A stretch of DNA of 64,000 nt from Octopus vulgaris (GCA_951406725.2 OX597820.1:51274001-51338000); one strand, 5' to 3'. Shown: positions 13,370-27,760, counted from the first letter of the stretch. Translations and numbers: made by a program. Notes: generated by a model not told the origin, from the letters alone.

Positions 13370-13370
<1 letters not shown>
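13110..13370 (-). mobile_element. CR1/L2-like LINE ORF2 C-terminal fragment
   Basis: GPQLLNAQPKKLRNL...FKKELDNLLSIIPDDP. Confidence 0.7.
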
Positions 13371-13425
<55 letters not shown>

Positions 13426-13433
<8 letters not shown>

Positions 13434-13859
13434 ATTTCGGAATGGTCATTTTGCCAGTTTAGCCAGTAAAAACACACGCACTATATATTTGCTGTTACTT
13501 TGCTTCAGTGTTATTTATTTTTTACATTAATCGTAATCTTATTTCGGATAGAGTTCTTTCGTCACACTCCTGTGACCGCATCGGTGGTCCTTTGCTTCCT
13601 TATTTGTGTCTCTCCTTACTAACAAAGAAGAAAGCAAAGGAACACTGATGCGGTCACAGGAGTGTGACGAAAGAACTCTGGCCGAAATAAGATTCAGATT
13701 AATGTAAAAAATAAATAACACTGAAGCAAAGTAACATCAAATATATAGTGCGTGTGTTTTTATTGGCTAAACTGGCAAAATGACCATTCCGAAATACAAC
13801 AATGTCTGTTTCAACACACGACTTCACATAAAAAATCTTGCACAACAAATATATAAATG

Positions 13860-13862
<3 letters not shown>
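13426..13862. mobile_element. Fold-back PLE-type element with about 180 bp inverted arms and hammerhead-like core
   Basis: Arms 13426-13608 and 13621-13803; CTGATGC-G-GTCACA..TGTGAC-GAAA-GAACTC at 13645-13678; (TA)n on both flanks. Confidence 0.8.
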
Positions 13863-13918
<56 letters not shown>

Positions 13919-14009
13919 TACATACATATTTACATGCCTGTATAGAAACACACACACACACAAATAGAATAGATATATACGTTGTTAGTCAGATAGATAG
14001 GTATGAATT

Positions 14010-14895
14010 GAATTGAATTTAACTAGTTTCGGCGCCCGAGCTGTGGCCATGCTGTCGCACTTCCTGCTGTGGAGATTCTTTATCTGGGACTCTTGACAGC
14101 AAGAGATTCACTTTACATGCACACTATGTAATTCTTTCAGGACGTTCGGGCGGATATCGAAGATCTGTGGTCATTTAAAGCCAGGACTATTGCAATAACA
14201 TGTTCTATAGAGTGGCGTCTTGTTCTAGCGTTAGTGCAACTCTGATTGCCAAAGTTTGGCACAAATTTCTCGAAATACTTCCAGATGTATATTACAGCAT
14301 ATCTATCCCGCCTACATTCCAGGGAATAGAAGCTCAATCTCTTGAGTCTTTCTAGTAGCTTGTATGGTGCATAGAAGCTATCTTCTTCCTGTAGATTTGT
14401 TGGATTGCCTCAACTTATGCAATTCATTTTACACCGGTTAGTGACCATAGATGAGAGCAACAGTTAAAGCAGATTTGGACAAATGTCCTCCGGATGACCA
14501 ACTCGGTTTCCTGATCATTCGTTTTAACTGTTCTAAAAATCTATCCGATCACCCGCCAGTATCCTATTGCCAACTTAGCAACATGCACATGGACGAATGC
14601 ATCATTACTCATGTAAATGTCTAGGTCTTGCATTGACTGTGTCTCTGGAATTGCAGATCCTCCAGGTCCATTGTACTTAATTGATATTGGATTTTGCTTT
14701 TCATGCTGATAGCACAATACTGGAAACTTTTAAGCATTAAACTGCATGGCATTCTTCTTTGTCCACTTGTATATACACGTTGCAGGAGTATGGCGTCTTC
14801 AGGTTCTGTATCAGCTGCAAAACCTTTGAATCATCTCCATAACTTGTGATTGTGGCTCTCTGACTGGCTGAGGGCACGTCTGAGAGATTGTTTAT
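14010..14895 (-). mobile_element. CR1/L2-like LINE RT remnant, 5' truncated
   Basis: ITSYGDDSKV (YADD motif) and FYSLECRRDRYAVIYIWK. Confidence 0.75.
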
Positions 14896-15222
14896 TGTGC
14901 AAGAGTTAACACCCTTTCTCTGCATCAACCCCTAATTCTCACTATTTCTGTGTGCGTCAGTCACCTGCTGACACATTAGCGTTTCAGAAATATATTGGTA
15001 TTTTATCGGCATAGTTCCCTATTTTAGAATAAATAAATATATAAAAGTTTTAAAAGATAAACAGGACAAAAAAAAAACACAACTCAGAATTGTTTACTTT
15101 AGAAAAATCATATTATGAAAAAATAGACAGAAAATTGGTTATTAATGTAGGCATATGAAAATAGAGATGTGCAGACCAGACATATATATATATCTGTGTG
15201 TGTGTGTGTGCGTGTCTGTCTG

Positions 15223-15284
<62 letters not shown>

Positions 15285-15608
15285 GTGATATTTAGCACAA
15301 GCAACAGAGTTGCTCATGGTATGATTGTTTCGTACGTTGGTAGTTACAAAACTCCTACACCTACATGTCTGTGTATGTATGAATATATGTGTGTGTGTGT
15401 ATGTGTGAGAGAGTGTGTGTGTGCGTGTGAGTGTATGTATGTGTGTATGAAGAGATAATCCCCTTAATATATCTGTACAATAATGTACAGATTGATATGC
15501 ATGCGAAGTGATACCCAGATGAAAGAGAAAATAGTTAAACAGATAGAAATATATATATATTGACGCAGATATAAATAGACAGACATAGATGTAGAAACCT
15601 GGAAGGAG

Positions 15609-16640
15609 ATGGCGTATTTTATACTTTGTGTCCTTACGGACATTATGATTCTCGTGGAAATTAATTGCAACGCCTATAGAGCACATTAGGTTGCTTCACA
15701 TATTAGCATTAACACCGTCTATATCATAAGCAACCGCAACATTTGACACAATCACACTCCAGTCAGGCATATATGCAAGAAGCCATGAATTTTTACTAAA
15801 TATAATGGTTATTTTCGTTCGGCAATCTTTCTTTGGGAAACTAAATTAATATTGAAAATGTATCTTATGGTAAATAACAAAGTTCCGTTTGAAAATATGG
15901 TTTTATCTAATGGTATTATAAATTATTTCATAAATTTGGCTTAGACTTTTACAAAAGGTAAATAAATGTTTTATATATTTATATTAATACTGTATTTATT
16001 TTCATTTTATAAAAACAACAAAGTCATCGTAAGCCGGCTTGCTCAGATTATACATGTGAGTAGCTTTATGTTGTTCAAACATTATATTTATTCCATAAAA
16101 TGGTTTCATTTGTGGCCGGTTAAGTGTGAAGGTAAAATTTTAAAGTCACACGATAGAGGAGAAAATTGCTACTTTCATCTCCGTAAGTGAAGCGAATGTG
16201 TCGTAAAATGCTGAACAGAACAGAACATGAACAGAAGGTATTATGGTCTCTGGGGAAAACTGACGATGCCAAGTTCTATCAGTAAAATTTTGTGACCATA
16301 TATGTATATTCTGTTTGTTGTTGACATATATGTGTGTGAGGGCGCATCCGTGCGTCTGCGTGTATATATGCATGTGTGTCTGTGTGTGTCTGTGTGTGTG
16401 CGCTCGTTGTGTACAGAGTTAAGAAAGAGAGAGAAAGAGAGGGAGATGGGGAGAGACAGAAGGCGTGAAAGAGAAAAATACTTTGATAGATATATATAGA
16501 AAAATAAAAAGATAGAAAGATATTGCAAAATTATTTATTTAGTTTGAAAACCTCATATCCATGCGGGTATTTGCTAATATCAGAGTGGCGTACAGTTTGT
16601 CTTTGTTTATGAGATTTTTCCTATCCATTTCCTGAACGTC
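15609..16640 (+). pseudogene. Decayed intron-less Cys-loop (nAChR-like) receptor gene, best-preserved copy
   Basis: Signal-like MAYFILCVLTDIMILVEINC; IFTKYNGYFR...YFINLA*(TAG at the W position); C-x13-C at 16125-16169 followed by YFHLRK*(TGA at the W position); M1-like TSYPCGYLL; M2-like RVAYSLSLFM. Confidence 0.65.
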
Positions 16641-16759
16641 CAATTATGCATTTAAACAGGATTTGATTATATAGCGCACTGGCAATATATATATATATAT
16701 ATAGATATTTCATATCATATGTGGAAAATACTAAAATAATATAGATAGAAATGTATCAT

Positions 16760-17280
16760 CCATAAATGAAGACTCTGAAGGAAGATGTAATAAAATACAT
16801 CCACTCGTCCTTACGAGTTACAAATTGTAAATTTCATTAAATGCTTATGGAAAACTTTGTGTGAAGTATATCTGTAGCTATAGCCCTTTCTGCAATATTG
16901 CAAATTCACGTGGACAGCAATGTGTATGTTTACAAGTACAATAATGCAGTTGATTCCACATATGGAAAAAGTCTATTATGTTGGGACTTTTTTACCTTTA
17001 ATATTCTATATCTCAAGGGTTTCGGTGTGGCAATAATATGAGAGTAGTTTACAGAATTTATTTTAGTTAAGATAAATCTAGACTTAGATTTGTCATTAAT
17101 CCCCACCCCTGTTTCGAATAGAACAACCAATAATTTTTCTGGTGTAGATGTAATCGTAATTATTTAGACTGTAAAATGATGATCTTGGAATTAAATTAGA
17201 AATACACAGCAGTGGCCGGTGGTTGTACCGCAATGTTGGCTAGAAGAGCTTTAAATTGGTTTTACACGCTGAAAATTACA
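16760..17280 (-). pseudogene. Possible Cys-loop receptor-like C-terminal remnant
   Basis: RFILTKIN...TPKPLRYRILKV (shares TPK with the 6.6 kb copy); AERAIA; KDEWMYF...FRVFIY. Confidence 0.3.
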
Positions 17281-18399
17281 GGACCAGAACAAATCAGATG
17301 CATTTAAACAATGTATGTGTGTGTCACTTCTAATTTTCTTGTTTATCAACTAGTTTGATATGTCGTTTTTGTGATGATTCGTTGTTATGAGGATGTCATA
17401 GTTGTGGGGACTATAGGAATGAAGTTATTTCCTTCGTTTTGCTGCTTTTTTTCTACGAAATGAGAAGATACATTGTGGAAGTGATATTGTGACGCATTGC
17501 TTTTGTTTATCTCCCGATGAGATATCCCACTCGTAAGGGATCGATGCTAGACTAGAGTGCATCCACTAAGAAAAATACTTGAGAAAGGTACCGGGTACGA
17601 TTGAATGGAAATATGCGTGCATACATATTATTGTGCATAATAGAACAAAACAGAAATGCTCTTATATGCCAATGTAAGTAAAAATAAAGCTGCTTCCTTA
17701 GGCAGAGCACTTTCTGGATGGGCCAACCTTGGTTTTATTCATCTCGTACATCTTGAACTGCTGACTTCGTATACAATACACAGAATTTTAAGCTAGATTT
17801 CCCTTTCCTCCCACAGCAATACTAAGCGTACATTTATGTGTACCTTTTTAGTGATGTGTTGGGTATTGTACTTCAATATTTTAGGTTACACTTAGGTTAT
17901 AAATGAGAAAACATGTATATTTTTATATGCATTTTAGACGTTAAATGCGTTTCACTGCATTTACTTTGCTTTCAGTAGCGAGGAACTGTCTTTGGATCTC
18001 AAGCGGCCAACACATAACAAAGGATCTTGTTCGAAAACAACAATTCATCGGTTTTCTCGCATTTGTTTACATGACATAGAGAGTCGCATGTAATGCACAT
18101 TTAGACAAAGAACAATTCTAAACGAAATGCATACACCACAAATCTTCCATTCACATTCGAGAATAAACACAAATATGCGCACAAATATATACAGAAATAT
18201 TCAAACAAATATACACATGAGGTGTATTATAAAATGGGAGAGAGAAAAGTTAAAGAGAAAGACCGTGGAAGTTGAAGAAAAATTTCGTTACTGGAATATT
18301 TACATAAGCAAACACAAACGAGACTCAATGAAATAATATAGATTATCATTTACTTGGTGTATCGAATTTTCAGTTGGTAATAACACGGATGGGGTTCAG

Positions 18400-19280
<881 letters not shown>

Positions 19281-19681
19281 AATTATATTTATTAGTAATA
19301 TTTTCTACAGAAGTGATGCTATATATCATATTGAGTCATAGAATATATGAGACATTGTTTGTAGTATATCAGTGAATTAAAAGTAAAATCATCGTCTATT
19401 CAGACAGCTTGTATATAACGTGATATTTTTTTCCTCTATAAACATTTCTATTGAAAGTAAATTAAAAGATATCTGTTGTCCAAGAATGACAGATGAGTTG
19501 ATGATTTGATGGCTTCTTGGCGGAGCTTATCGTCAAAGTTCTAATGTTTGAAATTGACAACAAACTACCAAACAGTTAATTTGTGTAACATTTCGGAAGA
19601 ATTTCCAAACGACGGATTTTTCTGCTGCTGTTGTTACTGCCACTACTACTGTTATCATTACTACATAATAGGACATCTGAC

Positions 19682-20215
19682 GCACTAGAAAGAGCATCTC
19701 TTATGTGTTTAAATATACAGTGTATTTTTCTATGAATAATATATAGTCTATTGACTAATTTTTCCTTCTCGCTAGACCACTGGTAGAAAAGAAATTTTCT
19801 AAAATGTTTTTGCTACCCTTAGATTTATTAATTACTGGTAAAAGGTTTTTTGGCTAATTTTGAAAGACAATCGGCAATTGTATTTACTGCTGCAAAAACC
19901 GTGCGTGCGTGGTGGATTTTCAAAAGTTATAGCATATAGATACACTACACGGTCCTTATCACCTCGTGCCTATATATTAGCCTTGGCTTCCTGCTGAAGA
20001 TGGCAACGCCTATTGTAAATTAAAATCATCTTATTTTATTTACAAATGATTGCCGAAACTATACATAGTCCAGGAAAGATAGGGTAAACGTTTTCATTTT
20101 CATTCTTTTTCAGAATTACAACTATTAGTGATTTGGAGTTTAACTGCTCTTTCTAGTGCTCTTTCTGCTCTTTCTCTTATGTGTTTAAATATAAAGTGTA
20201 TTTTTCTATAAATAC
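19682..20215 (+). mobile_element. About 476 bp hammerhead-bearing pLTR/retrozyme-like monomer with terminal direct repeat and short inverted 5' piece
   Basis: Direct repeat 19697-19738 and 20173-20214; 19682-19696 is inverted to 20145-20159; homologous to the 493 bp unit. Confidence 0.8.
19988..20076 (+). ncRNA. Type I hammerhead ribozyme
   Basis: Helix I TTCCTG/CAGGAA; CTGAAGA 19994-20000; helix II GGCAA/TTGCC with extended stem; GAAA 20055-20058; helix III ACTAT-AC-ATAGT; GTC cleavage after 20070. Confidence 0.88.
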
Positions 20216-20263
20216 ATATATATATATATATATATAAGTTAGATAGACAGATAGATGCATATG

Positions 20264-20322
<59 letters not shown>

Positions 20323-20329
20323 TAAAAAA

Positions 20330-20994
20330 GGAGATGTGGAACACGAGTTGTGATATATAAAAAAGGAAATGAAGAAAATGCTGACAAAATAATTTAAGTA
20401 ATTTAAGTAATTTAATTAGGTGAAAGTTCTTTTTACCGGTTGCGCATTTGTTATGCTTATCAAAAGATTAGAGTTCCTTTCTGATAGATTTTTTCCTCTT
20501 ATCTGACTTTATGTTGGGTTTGCTGTCTCTTATATGTGAAAAAAGAGGCTCCAGAGTTGTTTAAGATTTGCTTGGTTTCGCGCCTAAAATTTCTTGTGGA
20601 CAATGGTCAATACAATTTTGATTGGTCATTATGAAGGGGTCACGTGAATGTTTGAATGGAAGTTGGTGTTGGGGTAAGAAAAAAGGCTCCAGAGAAGTTA
20701 AAATTTGGCTAGTGTCGCGCCTAAAATTTCTTATTGGTCATGATAAAGAGGTCACGTGGATGTGGTCATAATAGAGAGGTCACGTGAATGTTTAGAATTT
20801 TCGAAAATAGCGTTGTTGAAAATTGTTATTGTTCAGGCTGGTCAGTAGACGTCATGTGGATATTTTAAATAGCTTTTTAGCGCGTAGTTAGGGAGTGTAT
20901 TTTCTGCTTGACTGAATTTGAGCTGGATAAGTAAGTTCGTTTAGGACAGGAAGAGCTATATGTATGTATGTGTGCGCGTGTGTAGGTGTGTGTG

Positions 20995-21029
<35 letters not shown>

Positions 21030-21471
21030 GTTTATATGTATGTTGGGGCGCGCGCGCGTGTATATATGTGCGCGTGTGTGGGTACAATTTTCAATATTTA
21101 TAGTTCTGCTGGCCTTGTGCCTGTATCGGGAAGCAACGTGTTTGTGTGAAGTCAATATTTACAGTCATTTCCAAAAAATAATGTTGGATGTTTTGCACCC
21201 GTATCCAATTATGTGTATGTGTGACACCATATATTTGCGTGTGTCATGGTGTTAATATCTGGGTAAAAGTGTGTGTAGGGTGTGTGCAGGTGTAAGTGTG
21301 TTTGTTGTGGGTTCGTGTTAGAGGGATGTGTTTAGAAGTGGTCTGTATTTATTAATAAGGTGGGATTCCATGGTTATTCGCTGGGTATGAGTGGCATTGT
21401 CTTTAAATTTGTAGAGGGGGAAGAAGTTGTGCGGCACAGGTATCAATATGTGCACTAAGTGCTATTTTTCT
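20330..21471 (-). mobile_element. Penelope-like element 3' remnant (GIY-YIG C-terminus plus pLTR with decayed hammerhead)
   Basis: RKIALSAHIDTC / FPLYKFK...RITMESHLINKYRPLLN* ending at 21318; decayed core CTT-TTGATAA-GCAT..ATGC-GCAA-CCGG-TA-AAAAG at 20429-20466. Confidence 0.6.
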
Positions 21472-21553
21472 GCAGATGTTAAAACGTGGCGGTTCCTACC
21501 TTTGTTTAAAAATCATTGCGATGGATGCTGCACATGTTTAAGTAAGCACTGAA

Positions 21554-21582
<29 letters not shown>

Positions 21583-21586
<4 letters not shown>

Positions 21587-22130
21587 ATATTACCAATTAC
21601 GATATGATCCGTATTATTTCGCGCCCTGCAACTCACATGAATAGGACTACACTTCTTGCGTTTTAAAATGCCATTGTAAGTGTGAAAATTCATGAATATA
21701 TATATATAAACGAAAATCAATAATCAAAAATCTAAATTTCAAACGTGCAGATGTTAAAACGTGGCGGTTCATACCTTTGTTTAAAAATCATTGCGATGGA
21801 TGTTGCACTGAAATATGTAAGCACTGAGATATTTGCTACTGAGAAACCATCAAAATTATCTAAATCTCAAGATAACTTCAGGAATTCATAATGGTTTTAG
21901 TTACATCCGTTTCCTATCCTGTCATGTCGTTTACCTTATCTAAACTTCCAATCGTGTCTGTTGTTGTACCAAACTTATTTACAGCGAGTTCATACAATTT
22001 GTTACTCTAGATTTTTGAAAATAACAGTTCGAAAACATGTTTAAGGAAAATATTTAAAAGTATTTTGATGTGATTGTCGATTTCAGCAAGCCCAGATATT
22101 TTGAGATTACAGCTTTTATATTGTATTCTT
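21583..22130 (+). pseudogene. Decayed Cys-loop receptor-like gene with internal deletion
   Basis: ITNYDMIRIISRPATHMNRTTLLAF*NAIVSV; INENQ; VKTWRFIPLFKNHCDGCC; M1-like LVTSVSYPVMSF; M2-like NRVCCCTKLI. Confidence 0.6.
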
Positions 22131-22329
22131 CAACAGATATCATCCAATTCATTTAGAAATTTGGAAATATATCATTAAACATTGAAGGTAATATAGGTGG
22201 ACTGAGGAACACATGAGATTTCAGATTTGTGAGTTTTGATATATTTCAATGTGTTTTACTGAGTAAACAGGTCCTTCAGCAGATTTAGATTCCACTGACA
22301 ATGCTGTAGGGCTGTCAAGTATATATATG

Positions 22330-22382
<53 letters not shown>

Positions 22383-22399
22383 TGTATGTGCATCCCGGT

Positions 22400-22910
22400 T
22401 AAAGGTTCACGACTGCGGAAACTATAACGTTTGAGGAGCATTTCATTCAAAGAAGGAAGTAGGTGAATCTTTTGAACTAATTTTACTATATTGATTTCAA
22501 CCCCCACCGAAATAAACTTGATACATATACTTCTTAACGAATGGTGAATTTTACTAGCAGAAAGATTAATCCGGATAAATATATTCATTTCGAACTTTGC
22601 ACATTGTAATGTAATAATACACAACATCACTTCAATTTTTTTATCGGCCGTGTGGCAACGTTACAAAGGAAATGGTTACCAATATTCCTGAGTGAATATA
22701 TAGAGTTTTCAGTCAGACTAAAAAGAAAACACTTCAGCAAGGCGGGTTTATTTTATCTCTGTACATTTGGCAGAGGCATTTAAAACAATGATGAAAAGTT
22801 AAGGGGAGAGAAAGTCTCCTGCAAATTTTCGGTAATTAATTTTCATATTTCATTAGGATTTTTCCATATTTTATTTTTACGCCCATGTACACATTGCAAT
22901 TTCCGAGAAT
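22400..22910 (+). pseudogene. Decayed Cys-loop receptor-like gene
   Basis: LTNGEFY*; AHCNV; EYIEFSVRLKRK from 22694 and in-frame GEKVS at 22805-22819. Confidence 0.6.
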
Positions 22911-23064
22911 AATTTAATCTTCTCATGACGAAGTCTTGGAGTATTTTCGGCACTCAAAGTTCGAACACCATTAATATTATCACATGTGCCTTCATTCGAT
23001 CCAGCCAATAGTGAAGTTAATATTTCTTATTCATGTTTCACTTAATAGCAGTTGCTATTTGTTA

Positions 23065-23143
<79 letters not shown>

Positions 23144-23145
<2 letters not shown>

Positions 23146-25520
23146 TGTTTGACTTTTGCTTTATATTTGTACAAGTTGGCTCCAAGTCTCACCCAGAGAC
23201 CTCAAGAGACAACAGGTTGGAAGTTCACGTTGTTGTTATGCCTAGTGTGCCATATATTTGGTTTTTGTTTGTTGTTGTACTAGTGAATGTCTATTAAATA
23301 AATTTTTTAAAAAAGAGTTTGTTTTAAACCTTGAGATTACATAGAGAGTATTTTGCGTAGGATATGAGCAGTTCCCATGAGCACTATCTTTTGAATGTCT
23401 GCCATTTTGGGGTTTCCTGGTATCTGAGTTAGGTAGCAATCAGCCCCATTCCGCTATCATTCCCAGGGCACCTATGACAACAGGTATTGTTTTAGTCTTC
23501 AGGTTCCACATTTTGCTGATTTCTATTTCAAGATCTTTATATTTGCTCACTTTTTGGTAGGTCTTGACAGATACGTTTATATCGATTGGGACAGTCATAT
23601 CAATGAGGAGGCATATTCTTTGTCTGAAGTCATTCAATATGATGTCTGGCTTGTTTGCATCTATCTTTATGTCAGTTTTAATGGTGAAGTTCCAGAGGAG
23701 TGAGATGTGGTCATTTTCAAGCACTGGAGGTGGATTGTGTTCCCACCAGTTTTTTTCATGGGGCAAATCCAGGTTTTTGAAAATTACCCAGTGAATATAT
23801 TGTGCAGCTCTATCATGCCTGTTGAGGTACTCTGTAGGCGCTAGAAGACTGCACTTGGAGACAACATGATCAATGGTTTCATTTTGTTGTCGACATGCAT
23901 GACATGTTGGGCTACTGCCTTTCTTTAGTGTGTTGGCCTGGTAGTTTCTTGTTGGTAGGCATTGATCTTCAGCTGCTATGATACACCCTTCTGTTTCTGA
24001 TTTTAAGTCAGAGGCCATTAGCCATTGATGGGTCAGTGCTTTATCAATATCTGCATTATTCGCTCTCTTTGGGTATTTGCCATAGAGAGGTTTTTCTTGC
24101 CATTTCTTATTCAGAATATCTAAGGTCGCAGTTTTGGCACGGGTTTTCATACGATGCGATTAGCTTTTTCTGTGCTTGTTTCTTGTATGTCTATCTCTAA
24201 TTCCGAAATTTGTTGTATTCGGAATTCACTTAGATATTCCTTTGCCTGTTTTGTTACTGAGTATGATGCTTTCTTGTTTTCATGTTTTGAGACGAGTTTT
24301 AACATCCAGTCCTCAGACTTTTTCAGGTAGGTGTCTAGGCCAATTGTAGCAATCTTCATTGTTATTGCCAGTTGTAAAAGACCATGGCCTCCCTCTTTTC
24401 TTGGCAGATAAAGTCGTTCTGTATCCGCCTTAGGGTGGTGCATTCTATGCATTGTCAACAGTTTTCGTATTTTTCTGTCAAGCTGACAAATTTCAGTAAT
24501 TGAGCAGTTAACGATATTGAAACTGTAAGTCACGACTGGTATGGCTAATGCATTGATCGCTTCGATCCTGTTTCTTGCATTCAGCTCTGTCTTGAGTATT
24601 GCTCTCACTCTTCAATAACATTCTCTCCTGATCCTTTCCTTCATCTCTGAATGCCTTATTCCGTCCCCTTCAATTACCCCTAGGTACTTGTAGCTCTCCG
24701 CTGGGTCTAGTTCTTTTATGACATTCTGCTGGTCAATGTTAACGTTAGATGTTTCTATCATTTTTCCTTTGATAAAGGTAGCTTTTGCACATTTATCGAG
24801 GCCAAATTGCATTCTGATGTCGTCACTGAATTGTTTGACTATCGCTAGTAAGTCCTCGAGTTGTTGGTAATTTTTTGCAAAAAGCTTTAAATCATCCATG
24901 TAAATGAGATGATTTATATTTTTATGAAACATTCTATACCCGTACTGCGCGTCATGGAGTAGTTTTGATAAGTAGTTGGTCTTTACAACCGTAGGATCCA
25001 CGTTTACATCCTTTCTGTTCATTAGGGAATATGCTGCTGTATGTTAAAAAACTATAAGTATATTCCGTCAGGAATAGCGTTTATACATAGTTGTTAAGTA
25101 AGTTATCGGTCTATAGTTTTTTGGTTCATTTGTTTCTTCACTTTTTGGAAGCAGAAATGTTAACCCATTAACTAGCCAAGGAGGCATCCTACTAGGGTGT
25201 TGCAAAACATCACTGTACAGTTCTGTTAGAAGTTCATGGCTCTCTGGGAAGGCATTCAACCAGAATTTAGGAATTTTATACTTTCCTGGAGACTTTCATT
25301 TGTTTGACCTCCTGAGAGCAGATCATATATCTTCTACCTTGACACCCTCCCACTTTTGCTCTTCTAAGAAGTCCAGTTCTGTAGATGTTCTGTCAATCCA
25401 GGGGTCCTTTTCATTGTGTGTTTTTTCTTCAGCCCAAATTTTATTCCAAAATCCCTGCACTTCTTCTGTTGGTGGTACAGACCTTACAGTAACTGCTGTG
25501 TTTCCTATCTTCCTGTAAAA
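23144..25520 (-). mobile_element. 5'-truncated R4/Dong-type non-LTR retrotransposon (RT, CCHC finger, restriction-like endonuclease)
   Basis: NYRPIT; YMDDLKL; CHAC...ETIDHVVSKC; RHD; KPDII...LIDMTVP...KYKDL; frameshifts and an internal deletion; flanked by (ATT)n at 23067-23143 and 25520-25658. Confidence 0.9.
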
Positions 25521-25539
25521 ATTATTATTATTATTTTAA

Positions 25540-25658
<119 letters not shown>

Positions 25659-25973
25659 GTCATCATCCTCATCATCGTCGTTGTCGTCGACGTCCTCATC
25701 ATTATTAGCATCAACATCATCATCAAAATTGAATGTCCCATGTTCAAAAGCTTATATGTCGGATTTTTTGACATGTGTGCGACATGTAACAATATCAATA
25801 GAAATATGCACACATACATATATGTACTTATAACCATACACAGACACACATAGATATATATTAATAAAGTGGATATGCGTTTATATGCGTTCGCTTAGAG
25901 AGATATATTTATATATATGCATGTACCTAAATTTATATATATGTGCGTGTGTGAGTTTGTGCATATGTATATA

Positions 25974-26027
<54 letters not shown>

Positions 26028-26058
26028 CATGTGTGTATATATCCGTTCATATATAAAT

Positions 26059-26095
<37 letters not shown>

Positions 26096-26841
26096 CAAAC
26101 GCAGGCGCACACACACACACACATAGCTTTCCATTTCTTTCCTGTATATGTTTTATCTTCAATGAAGTTATTTTCAAAGGAAAAAGAACAACTCCAGACA
26201 ATATCGATGAAGACAAGCTGACGCTCATATTGTTGTAGTCTCTATGACCTTCAGCTGAAGTACGTACTGTCTTGCAAGGAAAAAGTGAAAATAAAAGAAA
26301 GATCAACAATGTATATTAGATATTTTAAGAAAAAAAGTCGAAGACAAATTGTCAAATGAAAGAAAAAAAATGCATCGGAATCCATTTAGACTACTTTATT
26401 ATATACGTGTTTGTATATAATTTACCTTCAGAATTTCTTTTGTTCTGCTTCTAAGAACTTTTGTCGTAATTTTTCTTGCTGTTCAAATCTTTTGAGTTTT
26501 TGCATCCTCATCTTCCATAGCTTGTGTAAAGTATTAGCTAAATTCAGTCGAATGTAAAGGCAAGTATGGCTTATATAGTTCAATAGGCAGCAGACAATAA
26601 CCATAACCATATCACCAACATCACTATTTACGTTGATAATAAAGATTATGCTTAGTTTGAATTAGCTTGTTTAAATATATATTTATTATCACGTTTATAT
26701 TTGGAGTGCATTGTAACTTTTACTTTTCACCTCATTATGCACAAAATTCTGTGTGAGCATGTCATACATAGCTACAAACCAAGGACGTCATATTTTCATT
26801 TATTGTCAATAGAACATAAGGCATTTAAACGCATGTGAATA

Positions 26842-26884
<43 letters not shown>

Positions 26885-26894
26885 TATGTATATG

Positions 26895-27196
26895 TCACCG
26901 TCACCGACCAGGCTATCAGATGTTACTACACATCGCTGGTCACAATGCGCATCGCATTGTTTTAGCCTTCAAATGACGCCACCCCGCTGGCTAATCGGGC
27001 AGGCCAACAGAAGAAAGAGTGAGAGAAAGTTGTGGCGAAAAAGTACAACAGGGATCGCCACCACCCCCTGCCGGAGAGTCGTGGAGCTTTAGGTATTTTT
27101 GCTCAATAAACACTCACAACGCCCGGTCTGGGAATCGAAACCGCGATCCTACGACCGCGAGTCCGCTGCCCTAACCACTGGGCCATTGCGCCTCCA
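26895..27196 (-). mobile_element. tRNA-derived SINE (family B), full length
   Basis: Minus-strand head GGAGGCGCAATGGCCCAGTGGTTAGGGC...GGTTTCGATTCC. Confidence 0.85.
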
Positions 27197-27229
27197 CATA
27201 TGTATATGTGTATATATGTATATATATGT

Positions 27230-27760
27230 TCTGATCATACACTTTACTGAACTTAGAGGTATCAATGGAGGGCCGAAGTTGGGAGACTGGAGATTATAAT
27301 CATGATGGGCCACGCAGGTGTTATAGGATGTGCTTCCTTTCATGTGGACAAGGATTAGAAATGTTACTTCTGCAGTTCAGGTAAATATCTGTGTCCTGCG
27401 AACTCTCTAAAATCGTTCTTTTCTCAGTTGGGCATAGTTTGCACTTCCTGCCGCTACTGGAGTACGCTTTGCGTTTCTCTAAAATGTTCCACTTTATACT
27501 GTACTCGTTGCATTCGTTCACCGACTATACGTGCTTCGCCAGTGTAATGTCGTTAAGTCTCTGCGGAAATGTTGAAGGAGTACTTGGGGTCCTTATAGCG
27601 GGTGCTGAAGGGAAGTTCAGAGGCTCATACGTAATTTTGCACGTTTGGTTGCCTATATAGTCTTATTGCTATTACCTCTGCCTCGTATACCACGGTCTCC
27701 GTGTTACCGTGGCCGGTCAGTGGATACATTTGTTACCACTACATGAGCATATCTATGCAT
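27230..27760 (-). mobile_element. Penelope-like element GIY-YIG endonuclease remnant
   Basis: CSC...TVVYEAEV..YIG, then IKWNILEK..AYS...CKLCPTEKRTIL...LNCRSNISNPCPH. Confidence 0.85.
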
